From a virus (lineage: Duplodnaviria > Heunggongvirae > Uroviricota > Caudoviricetes): a DNA stretch of 64,000 nt. Shown in pieces: positions 10,008-19,477 of this stretch (position 1 is the stretch's first letter; each line of letters starts with the position of its first letter). The DNA lies in the IMG/VR virus record IMGVR_UViG_3300013126_000009; one strand, given 5' to 3'. A model generated the notes under the pieces. It made no database searches. It worked only from the letters and a program-made list of their open reading frames with translations, and was not told the DNA's origin. The translations under genes were made by a program, and so were the position numbers.

Positions 10008-10067
10008 TTAATAACCTAAATTATAACATATTAAGCCTTTTGGCATATTTATATGTAAAGGCTTTGT

Positions 10068-11873
10068 ATGTTAACAGCATCTGAAATATTAAAAGAGTAT
10101 ACAAATTGTGTATTAGACCCTATATACACGATTGAAACTTATTTTAAAACTTTTGATAAGACCAATAATGGTTTCGTACCTTTTTATCTTTTTGAAAAAC
10201 AAAAAGAGATTGTTGAATCTTACGAAAAATATCGTTTTAACCTTGTAGCTAAACCAAGACAAGCTGGTGTATCAACAACAACTGCCGCATATTTGGCGGT
10301 TAAAGTTGCGTTTGCTGATAAAGATAACCCAGAAGCGATACTTATTGTCGCAAACAAACAAGACATGGCGTTTGAGTTCTTATCAAAGATAAAGGACTTC
10401 TTAAATCAAATACCAAGATGGGCATGGGGTAGCGATTATTATGGTACACCAGAAAAAGAAAGAAAATCAATTTTTATTGCCGACTCCAAGAAAGAAATTA
10501 AACTACCGAATGGTTGTAGAGTAAAAGCTGTTGCAACATCTAAAGATGCTTTACGTGGTTATACGCCAACATATCTTATTATGGATGAAGCAGCGTTCAT
10601 TGAGGATGGTAAAGAATTATTCGGTGCAGCTCTGACCGCTTTGGGAACTGGAGGTCATGCAACACTTATATCAACACCAAATGGACAAGACCCGTTATAT
10701 TATGAAACCTATGATATGGCGATAAAGAAAAAGAATAATTTCAATATAATTGAAATGCGTTGGTATCAAGATAATCGATATAATAAAGACCTTAAATGGT
10801 ATAAATATAAAGATAAAGAAAAGACACAAAAAGAGGAAATAAAAGAGGTTGAATTTACCTTTGAATCATATGAGCGTTTTATAAAAGACGGTTATAAACC
10901 GACATCCTCTTGGTATGAGGAGATGTGTAGGGGCATGAACAATGACGCTAGAATGATTGCACAGGAATTGGATGTGTCGTTCTTAGGTTCTGGTGGTAAC
11001 GTTGTTGCTGATGAGTATATACAACACCATAAATTAAATAATGTACAACAACCAAAATACGTTAGTGGTGAAGATAATGAATTATGGATATGGGAAGACC
11101 CAATTGATGGTCATGAGTATATATTAGCTTCTGATGTTTCTCGTGGTGATGGTGAAGACTCATCAACGTTTGTTATTGTTGATTTTACAACAATGACGCA
11201 AGTTGTTGAGTTTCAAGGTAAAGTACCGCCAGACAAATTAGCCGATATCTTATATGAATATGGTATGTTATATGATGCGTTATTGGTTGTTGATATAACT
11301 GGTGGTATGGGTGTTGCAACAGTATTAAAATTACAAGAAATGAAATACCCAAACCTTTATTATGACGATAAAGGTAAAGCATTGAAACAAAGAAAGGATG
11401 TGGGTAAATACGATACTAAAAAAGAAACTGCTGGATTTCAAGTTGGTAGTGATAGGACTCGTTTAGTTGCTCATTTTGAAAAAATGGTTAGAATCAATAG
11501 GGATGAGGGGTTAGACCATGGAATCAAAATACGTTCTGAACGGTTAATATCCGAATTAAATACGTTTGTATATATTAATGGTAGAGCTGACCATTCTAAA
11601 GGTAAACATGACGATATTATTATGGCAATGGCGATGGCTTTATTTGTTTTAGAATACTCATTCAAACAACTAAAACAATTGAAAAGTAAGGCAAAAAGTA
11701 TGCTAGCCAGTTGGGTGGTTAATTCTGGAAATAAAGCTGTTAATGTTCAACGTGAACTTACAGTACCAAGTGGTAAACCAGCACCGAAAAAACCTAACTT
11801 CAACCCAAACGTATCTAAAAACATGCAAGACCCACAAGGTCAATATATGTGGCTTTTCTCTGGTTATCGATAA
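10068..11873 (+). CDS. terL: terminase large subunit (T4 gp17-like)
   Basis: Walker A KPRQAGVSTT, Walker B LIMDEAAF, coupling motif ISTPNG, nuclease ASDVSRGDGED and HDDIIMA. Confidence 0.95.
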   Translation: MLTASEILKEYTNCVLDPIYTIETYFKTFDKTNNGFVPFYLFEKQKEIVESYEKYRFNLVAKPRQAGVSTTTAAYLAVKVAFADKDNPEAILIVANKQDMAFEFLSKIKDFLNQIPRWAWGSDYYGTPEKERKSIFIADSKKEIKLPNGCRVKAVATSKDALRGYTPTYLIMDEAAFIEDGKELFGAALTALGTGGHATLISTPNGQDPLYYETYDMAIKKKNNFNIIEMRWYQDNRYNKDLKWYKYKDKEKTQKEEIKEVEFTFESYERFIKDGYKPTSSWYEEMCRGMNNDARMIAQELDVSFLGSGGNVVADEYIQHHKLNNVQQPKYVSGEDNELWIWEDPIDGHEYILASDVSRGDGEDSSTFVIVDFTTMTQVVEFQGKVPPDKLADILYEYGMLYDALLVVDITGGMGVATVLKLQEMKYPNLYYDDKGKALKQRKDVGKYDTKKETAGFQVGSDRTRLVAHFEKMVRINRDEGLDHGIKIRSERLISELNTFVYINGRADHSKGKHDDIIMAMAMALFVLEYSFKQLKQLKSKAKSMLASWVVNSGNKAVNVQRELTVPSGKPAPKKPNFNPNVSKNMQDPQGQYMWLFSGYR

Positions 11874-11904
11874 TTATATAATATAATGAATTAAAAAAAA
11901 TAAA

Positions 11905-12138
11905 ATGGCAACGCAACGAACTTTTACCAGAAAAAATTACGGAACACTTTATAAATGGAAAACAACCACTGGACCACAAGATAAAGCTAATGTTCGTGGT
12001 GGTGGCAAACCTACTGGCTGTGATGCTACCGCTGGTAGCCAAGGTCAAGATAATAATGTTGGTTATGTTGTTGATGTTCAGAATATAAATGGTCAATTGA
12101 CTCGCTTTGCGTATGTGGAATGTGACTACGTTAAATAA
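11905..12138 (+). CDS. small hypothetical protein
   Basis: 77 aa with A-rich leader, between terminase and portal. Confidence 0.6.
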   Translation: MATQRTFTRKNYGTLYKWKTTTGPQDKANVRGGGKPTGCDATAGSQGQDNNVGYVVDVQNINGQLTRFAYVECDYVK

Positions 12139-12182
12139 CATTCACTTTAAAGTGGTTTCAACTATAATGAATTAAAAAAAAA

Positions 12183-15100
12183 ATGGCAAATAATAAAACA
12201 ATATTTCAAACGCTTACCAATATGTTCGGACCTTATGGTGTCGAACCAGAAAGGGTCAGTAAAAAATATTCATTAGGTAATTCTGAATTATTAAGGACTA
12301 CCTCAAAAGAAGAGTATGAAACTCAGAAATTACAAGCAAGACAAAATAAGTATTTAAGTAATCAATGGGTTAAGGTTGAAAACGAGATATTTCAAAAATC
12401 AATTCAATATGAGATAACTAGAATAGGTGCATACTCCGATTTTGAAAATATGGAGTTTTACCCTGAAATTGCAGCAACTTTAGATATTCTTATGGAGGAA
12501 TCCACAACGGTTAACGATATTGGTAGGGTTTTAAATATATATTCTGAAAGTCCTAGAGTTAAGGGTATTTTGGAAGACCTTTTCTTCAATCGATTGGATG
12601 TTCATGTTTCTTTACCTATGTGGATAAGAAACATGTGTAAATATGGTGATAATTTCTTATATCTCAATACTGATGATAAGAGAGGTGTAACTGGTGTTAA
12701 ACAATTACCTAATTTTGAAATTGAGCGTAGAGAAGGTGGTATTTATGATGTTGTTAGTGCAAACTTAAATGGTGTTGAAAGGGGTAGTAATAAAGATGAT
12801 AAAGTAAAGTTTTTCTGGAGGGGTCGAGATTTAGAGTTTATGAATTGGCAAGTTGCACATTTTAGACTATTAGGTGATGACAGAAGATTACCATATGGCA
12901 CGTGTTTAAAAGGTGATACTAGAATTAATACCGAATTCGGTGTCGAGGAAATTAAGGACATTAAGGTCGGAACCAAAGTTTGGTCATTTAACACTAAAAC
13001 GCAAGAAAAAGAGTTGTCACCAATTTTAGATAAAATAATGTCTGGTACTAAAGAAGTATTTAAAATTTCAACAAGACATAATTTTATTGATGCTAGTAAA
13101 GAGCATAAAATTTTAGTTGCTACTGAATTTGGTGAATTTATCTATAAAAATGTTTGTGATTTAAAAATTGGGGATTTACTGGTATTAAATAAAAATGAGC
13201 ATACCAACAAAACGATATTAATTGATAAAAGTAACCCACTTGAAAATAAAAATGGGTGGTTTAATAACATTAATCACATACCAGATATTGTTACTGAAGA
13301 ATTTGCACAATTATTTGGTTTTTTAATTGGTGACGGTTGGTTAACGTCAAATAATTCTTGTGTTGAATTTGCTTTAGGTACTGACTCGGAAACCAATAAT
13401 TTTTATATTTCATTGTTAGAAAAGTTTTCTGGACATAAAGTTGTGGTGGGGGATAAACAAGTGACATTACGTTCTAAATTATTAAAAACTATTTTAGAAA
13501 GAATGGGGTTTTTTGGTAAATCCCATGAAAAAAGAATACCTAGTTGGGTGTTTGAAATGGGGGTTGATTTACAAAAAGCGTTTGTCGCTGGATTAATGGA
13601 CGCTGATGGTTGGGCAACTAAAGACCAATGGGTTATTGGGTTACATATTGAATTAAATAATAAACCATTAATTGAAGATTTAAAAATATTATTACAAAGA
13701 ATTGGTTACAAATCAGGCTCGATTAGAAGTCGAGTTAGGAAAGAGCCGATTATTGAGGGTAGGCAGATAAAAAATGTTAAAGAAAGCCACATAATCACAT
13801 TTTTTGATTCATATTTAACACAAATGAAAAAATATGAATTTAAAAATAGAAAAACTGATAATTTTATTTTAGAACCAATACAGAGTATTGAATCAATCGG
13901 TAATCATAATACATATGATATATATGTTGAGAACAGTAACCATAATTTTTATGCAAATAATGTTGTTGTACATAACTCAATCTTGGAAAAGGCTAGGCGT
14001 ATCTGGAAACAACTTCTTCTTTCAGAAGATGCGATGTTAGTGTATCGTGTTACTAGAGCACCAGAGAGACGTGTTTTTAAAGTTTATGTAGGTAACATTG
14101 ACGATGAAGATGTTCAACCATACGTTAATGAAATTGCTAATAGATTTAAACGTGCCAGTATAATTGACCCAAAAACAGGACAAATTGATTTGCGTTATAA
14201 CCAATTGGCAAATGACCAAGATTATTTTATTCCTGTTAGAGAAGAGGGTGCGGCAACACCTATTGATACTTTACCAGGCGCGTCAAATTTGTCAGATATC
14301 GCAGATATTGAGTACCTCCAGCGCAAATTATTTACGGCATTACGTGTACCAAAAGCCTTTTTGGGTTTTGACGAACCAAAAGGCGAGGGTAAGAATCTAG
14401 CGTTGTTAGATATTCGTTTTGCAAGAACAATAAATAGAATTCAACAAGCAGTTTTACAAGAACTTAATAAAATAGCTATTATACATTTAGTTTTATCTGG
14501 TTTAGAAGACGAAATAGATAATTTCACAATTACTATGAATAATCCGTCAACACAATCAGAGATGTTACGGATTCAAAATCTTCAAACAAAGGTTACTTTG
14601 GTTAAGGACGCTACTTCGGATATTGGTAATGGTTTCAGTGTAATGTCATTAACTAAAGCTAGAAGAAGTATTCTTGGTTGGAGTGATGAGGAATCTAAAC
14701 AGGATTTCCTTGAACAGCGTATGGAAAAAGCTGCTTCAGCTGAATTGGAAAACACGGCTAACGTAATTAAACACACTGGTATTTTTGATAAAGTTGATAA
14801 ACTTTATGGTGATATTGAAGTTGCAAAACAAGGTGGTGCAGCACCTGAAGGTGGCGATGAAGCTGGTGGTCCATCAGGTGGTGGTGGCGGTGGCTTCGGT
14901 GGTGGCGGCCTAGGTGGTGGTGACATCGACTTTGGTGCTGGTGATTTGGGCGAATTCGGTGAAGCTGAAGGTGAAACTCCTGAAGCTGGTGGTGAAACTC
15001 CTGAAGCTGGTGGTGAAATCCCTGAAGCTGGTGGTGAAACTCCTGAAGCTGGTGGTGAAACCCCTGAAGCTGGTGGTGGTGAAATTGCTGAAAACTTGGA

Positions 15101-15341
15101 TAAGATAAGTAATTTATTGACTGAGAGGGCTGAATTGTTGACCAATGACCTTAGAGCTAAGACTAAAAAATATCAAACAAATTATTATAATAGGTTGGTT
15201 GAATCTTTGGATACCAATAGTCTTGAACAAAAAATATTAAATAACAAGGTTAAGGTTTTTGATAAAGGTTTAAAACTAAATGAGGAAATTGATTCAGTTT
15301 TAAGGGAAATTGATAAACTTTCAACTGACAAAGGTGAATAA
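12183..15341 (+). CDS. portal protein (T4 gp20-like) with intein
   Basis: EDAMLVYRVTRAPERRVFKVYVGN, IDTLPG, DIEYLQRKLFTALRVP are gp20-family motifs. Confidence 0.95.
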   Translation: MANNKTIFQTLTNMFGPYGVEPERVSKKYSLGNSELLRTTSKEEYETQKLQARQNKYLSNQWVKVENEIFQKSIQYEITRIGAYSDFENMEFYPEIAATLDILMEESTTVNDIGRVLNIYSESPRVKGILEDLFFNRLDVHVSLPMWIRNMCKYGDNFLYLNTDDKRGVTGVKQLPNFEIERREGGIYDVVSANLNGVERGSNKDDKVKFFWRGRDLEFMNWQVAHFRLLGDDRRLPYGTCLKGDTRINTEFGVEEIKDIKVGTKVWSFNTKTQEKELSPILDKIMSGTKEVFKISTRHNFIDASKEHKILVATEFGEFIYKNVCDLKIGDLLVLNKNEHTNKTILIDKSNPLENKNGWFNNINHIPDIVTEEFAQLFGFLIGDGWLTSNNSCVEFALGTDSETNNFYISLLEKFSGHKVVVGDKQVTLRSKLLKTILERMGFFGKSHEKRIPSWVFEMGVDLQKAFVAGLMDADGWATKDQWVIGLHIELNNKPLIEDLKILLQRIGYKSGSIRSRVRKEPIIEGRQIKNVKESHIITFFDSYLTQMKKYEFKNRKTDNFILEPIQSIESIGNHNTYDIYVENSNHNFYANNVVVHNSILEKARRIWKQLLLSEDAMLVYRVTRAPERRVFKVYVGNIDDEDVQPYVNEIANRFKRASIIDPKTGQIDLRYNQLANDQDYFIPVREEGAATPIDTLPGASNLSDIADIEYLQRKLFTALRVPKAFLGFDEPKGEGKNLALLDIRFARTINRIQQAVLQELNKIAIIHLVLSGLEDEIDNFTITMNNPSTQSEMLRIQNLQTKVTLVKDATSDIGNGFSVMSLTKARRSILGWSDEESKQDFLEQRMEKAASAELENTANVIKHTGIFDKVDKLYGDIEVAKQGGAAPEGGDEAGGPSGGGGGGFGGGGLGGGDIDFGAGDLGEFGEAEGETPEAGGETPEAGGEIPEAGGETPEAGGETPEAGGGEIAENLDKISNLLTERAELLTNDLRAKTKKYQTNYYNRLVESLDTNSLEQKILNNKVKVFDKGLKLNEEIDSVLREIDKLSTDKGE
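12903..13976 (+). mobile_element. intein (358 aa) with LAGLIDADG homing endonuclease in portal
   Basis: starts CLKGDTRI; ends VVVHN followed by Ser; LIGDG and GLMDADG motifs. Confidence 0.95.
14961..15077 (+). repeat. 21-bp tandem repeat (~5.5 copies) encoding EAGGETP
   Basis: GAAGCTGGTGGTGAAACTCCT units in portal C-terminal tail. Confidence 0.95.
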
Positions 15342-15383
15342 CTTTTACGTATTATGTTGATATTTAATTAAAAAGAGTTAATT

Positions 15384-16157
15384 ATGCAAAATTTCGGAAT
15401 AACTAAAAATCTTTTCAAAGAATTCTTAGTTGAAAAGCTATCAACAAAGAAACCATACGATAAGTCTAAATTCAAAGCGGTTATTAAAACCTTAAAAGAA
15501 AACAAGATACTTAAAACACAATTCAATGTTTATTCAAACATTGAAAACTTATATGAATCAAATGATGTTAACATATATGAATATATAAATGATAACATCT
15601 CACTTTTCAATGACTTTACTGAAAAGGATATTAAAGAAGCTAATAAGACGTTCAATAAGTTAGTTACTGAGTTTGTTGGTGATTTTAAAGTTGATTCCGA
15701 TAAATCTGATTTATATGAATCAATTGATTATCTTATAACCAATAAACCGTCAAATAGTTCAATAAATAAAAGAACAGCTAAAAAACTTTATATAAAGGAA
15801 TATGTAAAGGCCAATAAAGTTATTGAGCGGTCAGACAAGGAACCAGTACCTTTGGGTATGTTATCAAAAGTGATGGTTGATAAGTTCAATAGAAAATATG
15901 AGTCTTTAGACGAGAATGAGAAATTAATGATTAAATCATTAATGGTCAATGACCCATATGCTAAACTCAAAATATTTCAAACAACAAAAAACGAATGTGT
16001 TGACCTTGTTGATTCACTTATGGAAAATGCCGATGATGACCTTAAAGGTAAACTATCATTAACAAAAACCAAATTAACTGAAATGCAATTTGATGGTGAT
16101 GACTTCACTAATTTAATAACCAAACTGGTTTCATTAAAGAATAAATTAATGTCTTAA
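15384..16157 (+). CDS. helical head-module protein
   Basis: 257 aa after portal; ATATTTAAT upstream. Confidence 0.6.
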   Translation: MQNFGITKNLFKEFLVEKLSTKKPYDKSKFKAVIKTLKENKILKTQFNVYSNIENLYESNDVNIYEYINDNISLFNDFTEKDIKEANKTFNKLVTEFVGDFKVDSDKSDLYESIDYLITNKPSNSSINKRTAKKLYIKEYVKANKVIERSDKEPVPLGMLSKVMVDKFNRKYESLDENEKLMIKSLMVNDPYAKLKIFQTTKNECVDLVDSLMENADDDLKGKLSLTKTKLTEMQFDGDDFTNLITKLVSLKNKLMS

Positions 16158-16159
16158 AT

Positions 16160-16561
16160 ATGAATTACGTTATTGACCAAAAGACTGTATCTGATATTGA
16201 CGTAAAAGTAATTAATAGTTTTGATTTGGAGTCTCAAACAAACTATAATTCATGGTCAATTATTTTTGATTGTGATAATATTTCTTGCAAACAAATCAGA
16301 ACACCAATGGAATATAACGGTTTTTTAATGAGATATTCATCTAACAGTGAAACAGGTGTACACTATAACGATTCTGAGTATGAAATACTTAATGTTAAGG
16401 ACGGTGAAATTATGAACCTTGAAACTGGTGAAACATACAGGAAGGGTGATATTTTAGTTATTGATAAAAATGAAAAACACAATATAAAAGCTATATCTGA
16501 AGCATATGTTTTTTGTGTTATGACGAAGTATCAATCAGTTGTTGATAAATTGGTCAAATGA
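16160..16561 (+). CDS. cupin-fold protein
   Basis: HY...EYEILNVKDGE...GDILVIDKNEKHNI. Confidence 0.55.
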   Translation: MNYVIDQKTVSDIDVKVINSFDLESQTNYNSWSIIFDCDNISCKQIRTPMEYNGFLMRYSSNSETGVHYNDSEYEILNVKDGEIMNLETGETYRKGDILVIDKNEKHNIKAISEAYVFCVMTKYQSVVDKLVK

Positions 16562-16562
16562 T

Positions 16563-16591
16563 TTGACAATACCAGGTATTTTTCTTATTAT
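16563..16591 (+). promoter_or_regulatory. sigma70-like promoter TTGACA-17-TATTAT
   Basis: near-consensus match upstream of ATG 16609. Confidence 0.55.
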
Positions 16592-16608
16592 TAACGTAAA
16601 ATTTAATA

Positions 16609-17031
16609 ATGGAAAAAATCGGTAAAAAATTCAGTCTTAAAGATTTCAAAAACTATAAAGTATCATATGGTACTGTTGATAGCACCGCAAACCAATCAAT
16701 ATATATGAATATATCAACTTGGGTTGAACCAATGATTATTGATATTGACGCTAAGAAAACAATTTCAAATCTAAATAAAACAATTAAACGGTCAGTATAT
16801 AATAGTATTGATAAATCAACTTTTGATGGTAGTTATATCATAGATGTTGATATACGTGAGTCTGGATTCAGATACGGTAAACGTAGTTTTATGTCTTCGA
16901 ATATAACATTGTATACTAACACAACAGTTACCGATATTAAAGATTCAATAATCTCATTATCAAATTGTATTATAAACGATTTAAATAAAGAATTTAATAA
17001 TACACTTTCTTTCAAAAAAACCAAAAACTAA
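16609..17031 (+). CDS. hypothetical protein
   Basis: 140 aa ORF. Confidence 0.6.
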   Translation: MEKIGKKFSLKDFKNYKVSYGTVDSTANQSIYMNISTWVEPMIIDIDAKKTISNLNKTIKRSVYNSIDKSTFDGSYIIDVDIRESGFRYGKRSFMSSNITLYTNTTVTDIKDSIISLSNCIINDLNKEFNNTLSFKKTKN

Positions 17032-17065
17032 ACTCTTTATACTTATTTGACATATTTATCAATAA

Positions 17066-17791
17066 ATGATAGGTATGTCAAATAAATATAATATTATCCA
17101 ACCTAATGTCTTAAGAGCCAATGAAACTGGATTTGGTTATCTGATTGAGCATGACGCTGGTTATATCTCACCAGAAGACAAAAGAAATTTACCATTCATC
17201 AATGAGATGAAAAAACTTGAGTCTGGTGACCGAGTTATAACTGAACCATATTATGTCTATGCCGTGTTACAAAAATATGGTGTGAAGAATCGTAATGGTC
17301 GTGTCTATCCTGAAGACATTTTAAAAAAACAAGTCACAGTATATCAAAAATTAGTTGATGAGCGAAGAGCCATAGGTGAATTGGACCATCCAGATTCCAC
17401 TGTAATTGCTGGTGATAGAGTATCACACAATATTGTTGAAATGTGGTGGGAAGGTAATGTGTTGATGGGTAAATTGGAAATTCTAATGACACCAGGTTTT
17501 ATTAACCTAGGAATTGCTTCAACTCTTGGTGACCATGTTGGTAATCTATTAAGACATAAAATTAAAATCGGTGTCTCATCAAGAGGTGTTGGTTCCGTTG
17601 AAGATGTGCATGGTGTACAATTGGTACAAAACGATTTTGAATTGGTATGTTGGGATGTTGTTACAAACCCTAGCACCCCTGGTTCATGGATTTTTCAAGA
17701 CATGAATAAGTCAAATGAATTCAAATCAGAAAAGATTAATGAGAATAAAAATAAAATAATTAAAGGTCTTGATGATTTCCTTTTGGGATAA
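17066..17791 (+). CDS. prohead core protease (T4 gp21-like)
   Basis: KNRNGRVYP, GELDHP, VSH, GVSSRGVGS, DVVTNPS. Confidence 0.95.
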   Translation: MIGMSNKYNIIQPNVLRANETGFGYLIEHDAGYISPEDKRNLPFINEMKKLESGDRVITEPYYVYAVLQKYGVKNRNGRVYPEDILKKQVTVYQKLVDERRAIGELDHPDSTVIAGDRVSHNIVEMWWEGNVLMGKLEILMTPGFINLGIASTLGDHVGNLLRHKIKIGVSSRGVGSVEDVHGVQLVQNDFELVCWDVVTNPSTPGSWIFQDMNKSNEFKSEKINENKNKIIKGLDDFLLG

Positions 17792-17847
17792 TTATCAGAT
17801 ATTTTAATACAAAATTAAACTTTGTTAAATTATAACATATTTATAAA

Positions 17848-18093
17848 CAACAGCGTTCTTTGTTAAATTAATAATAAACATAATCAGAGCCTACCTTAAC
17901 TGGATGTGCCAACCTGATTATTATAACAATATCGTTCGGAACAAACGATTACAGACGTGGAGCAAAAATAAGTCCATTATAATTATAATGGCATAAGCAA
18001 TGAAACGTTTAAAATTCTTAATTAGATATATTTAATTAAGAAGCCCATATACAATAAAATGTATATAGGTAGTTCACAAACAAGTGAATGTTG
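17848..18093 (+). ncRNA. candidate structured non-coding RNA (~250 nt)
   Basis: non-coding gap with ATATTTATA at 17837; closing stem CAGCGTTC/GAATGTTG and at least 6 internal stems. Confidence 0.5.
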
Positions 18094-18172
18094 CACATTT
18101 TTTGACTTTTCATAAAAGTGTGCATATTTATTTATAGGTAAAAATAAAATTTTATATCCAACTATTAAAAAA

Positions 18173-19429
18173 ATGGAAAAAAACAAAAAAACAATTGCAG
18201 ATGAAGCGCTAATGGACATTGAAGTCATTAAAGCAGCTTTAACAGAAAACGCAAAAGAAATACTTCGTTCTGTGACCAGAGAAGAAATTGATGATGTTAT
18301 TAAGGAATCTTTAAATGAAGAAGATTTCGAAGAAGAAGAGGTAGACGCTGAAATGTCTGATGAAATGCCTGACGATGAGGAAGGTGCTGAAGACATGGAG
18401 GATATCGATGCTGACTCTGAAGGTGAAGAAGATGAAGACGACATGGAAATCACTGACGTTGAAATCGAAGATGAGCCTGAGAGTGAAGAAGACTCAGAAG
18501 ATATGGGCGATATTGAAATGGATATCGATGATGTTGAAATGGGTGATGATAGCGAAGAAATCGATTTAACAGATGCTTCTGACGATATGGTAATTTCTGT
18601 TTACAAGGAATTATCAGGTGAGGATGAAATTGAAGTTGTTGGTGATGAGATTCACTTAAACGTTTCTGAACCAGGTGAGTATATCCTAAAACCAAAATCC
18701 GCTGGCATCGATATGGATGCTGATGTTGAAATGGATACCATAGCTATGGAAGAAGAGGAGATGGAAGAAGGGATGTACAACGAAGGTGAAGAAATGGATG
18801 AAGTTGTTTACGAAGTTTACATGGATGAAGAAGAAACTATGGAAGAATCTTACGAAATGGATGAAGAAGAAACAATGGAAGAAGGTGAAGAAGTTATGGA
18901 AGAAGAAGAAATGATTGATGAAAAAATCAGAGTAAACCATGTACAAGGTAAACAAGCTGGTAATGAACATCAACCAAAAGTTCTTGGAGCTAAAAACCTT
19001 AAAGAATCAAAGACTTCAGAATATGAAAAATTGTTGGCTGAAGCAAACAAACTTAAGAAAGAAAATGAATTGTTCAAGCAGAACCTTTCAACTTTCAGAA
19101 AGATGTTGGCTGAAACAGCAGTTTACAATTCAAACCTCACAAACGTAACAAGAATTTTCTTGGAGCATGCAACAACAAAATCTGAAAAGCAAGCAATTAT
19201 CAAGAGATTCGATGATGAAGTTAAGACAGTAAAAGAATCAAAAGCTCTTTATAAAAAGATTGTTGGTGAACTTGGTTCAAAACCATCTTTGACCGAGAGT
19301 GTAAGTAATGTTGATAAAAACATGACTTCAGGTTCTTCAAATCTTAATTCTCAAACTGCTTACGTAGATAATGAAACTTCTCGAATCAAAGAATTGATGG
19401 AGAGAGTTGAAGGTAGAAAGTTACTATAA
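18173..19429 (+). CDS. prohead scaffold/core protein
   Basis: extremely D/E-rich with coiled-coil C-terminus; between protease and major capsid protein. Confidence 0.8.
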   Translation: MEKNKKTIADEALMDIEVIKAALTENAKEILRSVTREEIDDVIKESLNEEDFEEEEVDAEMSDEMPDDEEGAEDMEDIDADSEGEEDEDDMEITDVEIEDEPESEEDSEDMGDIEMDIDDVEMGDDSEEIDLTDASDDMVISVYKELSGEDEIEVVGDEIHLNVSEPGEYILKPKSAGIDMDADVEMDTIAMEEEEMEEGMYNEGEEMDEVVYEVYMDEEETMEESYEMDEEETMEEGEEVMEEEEMIDEKIRVNHVQGKQAGNEHQPKVLGAKNLKESKTSEYEKLLAEANKLKKENELFKQNLSTFRKMLAETAVYNSNLTNVTRIFLEHATTKSEKQAIIKRFDDEVKTVKESKALYKKIVGELGSKPSLTESVSNVDKNMTSGSSNLNSQTAYVDNETSRIKELMERVEGRKLL

Positions 19430-19477
19430 AAAATAATAAATAAAAAAATAACAACGACAATTAAAAATTAAAAAATT

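Noticed and set aside
14961-15077. CRISPR-like array
   Set aside because: Head-to-tail 21-bp coding repeats with no spacers and no cas genes
17792-18172. tRNA, tmRNA or group I intron
   Set aside because: No cloverleaf or T-loop GTTCGA, no tag-like frame, and the flanking genes are complete
18022-18453. Minus-strand 143-aa ORF covering part of the candidate ncRNA
   Set aside because: Ser-rich antisense shadow of the acidic scaffold gene
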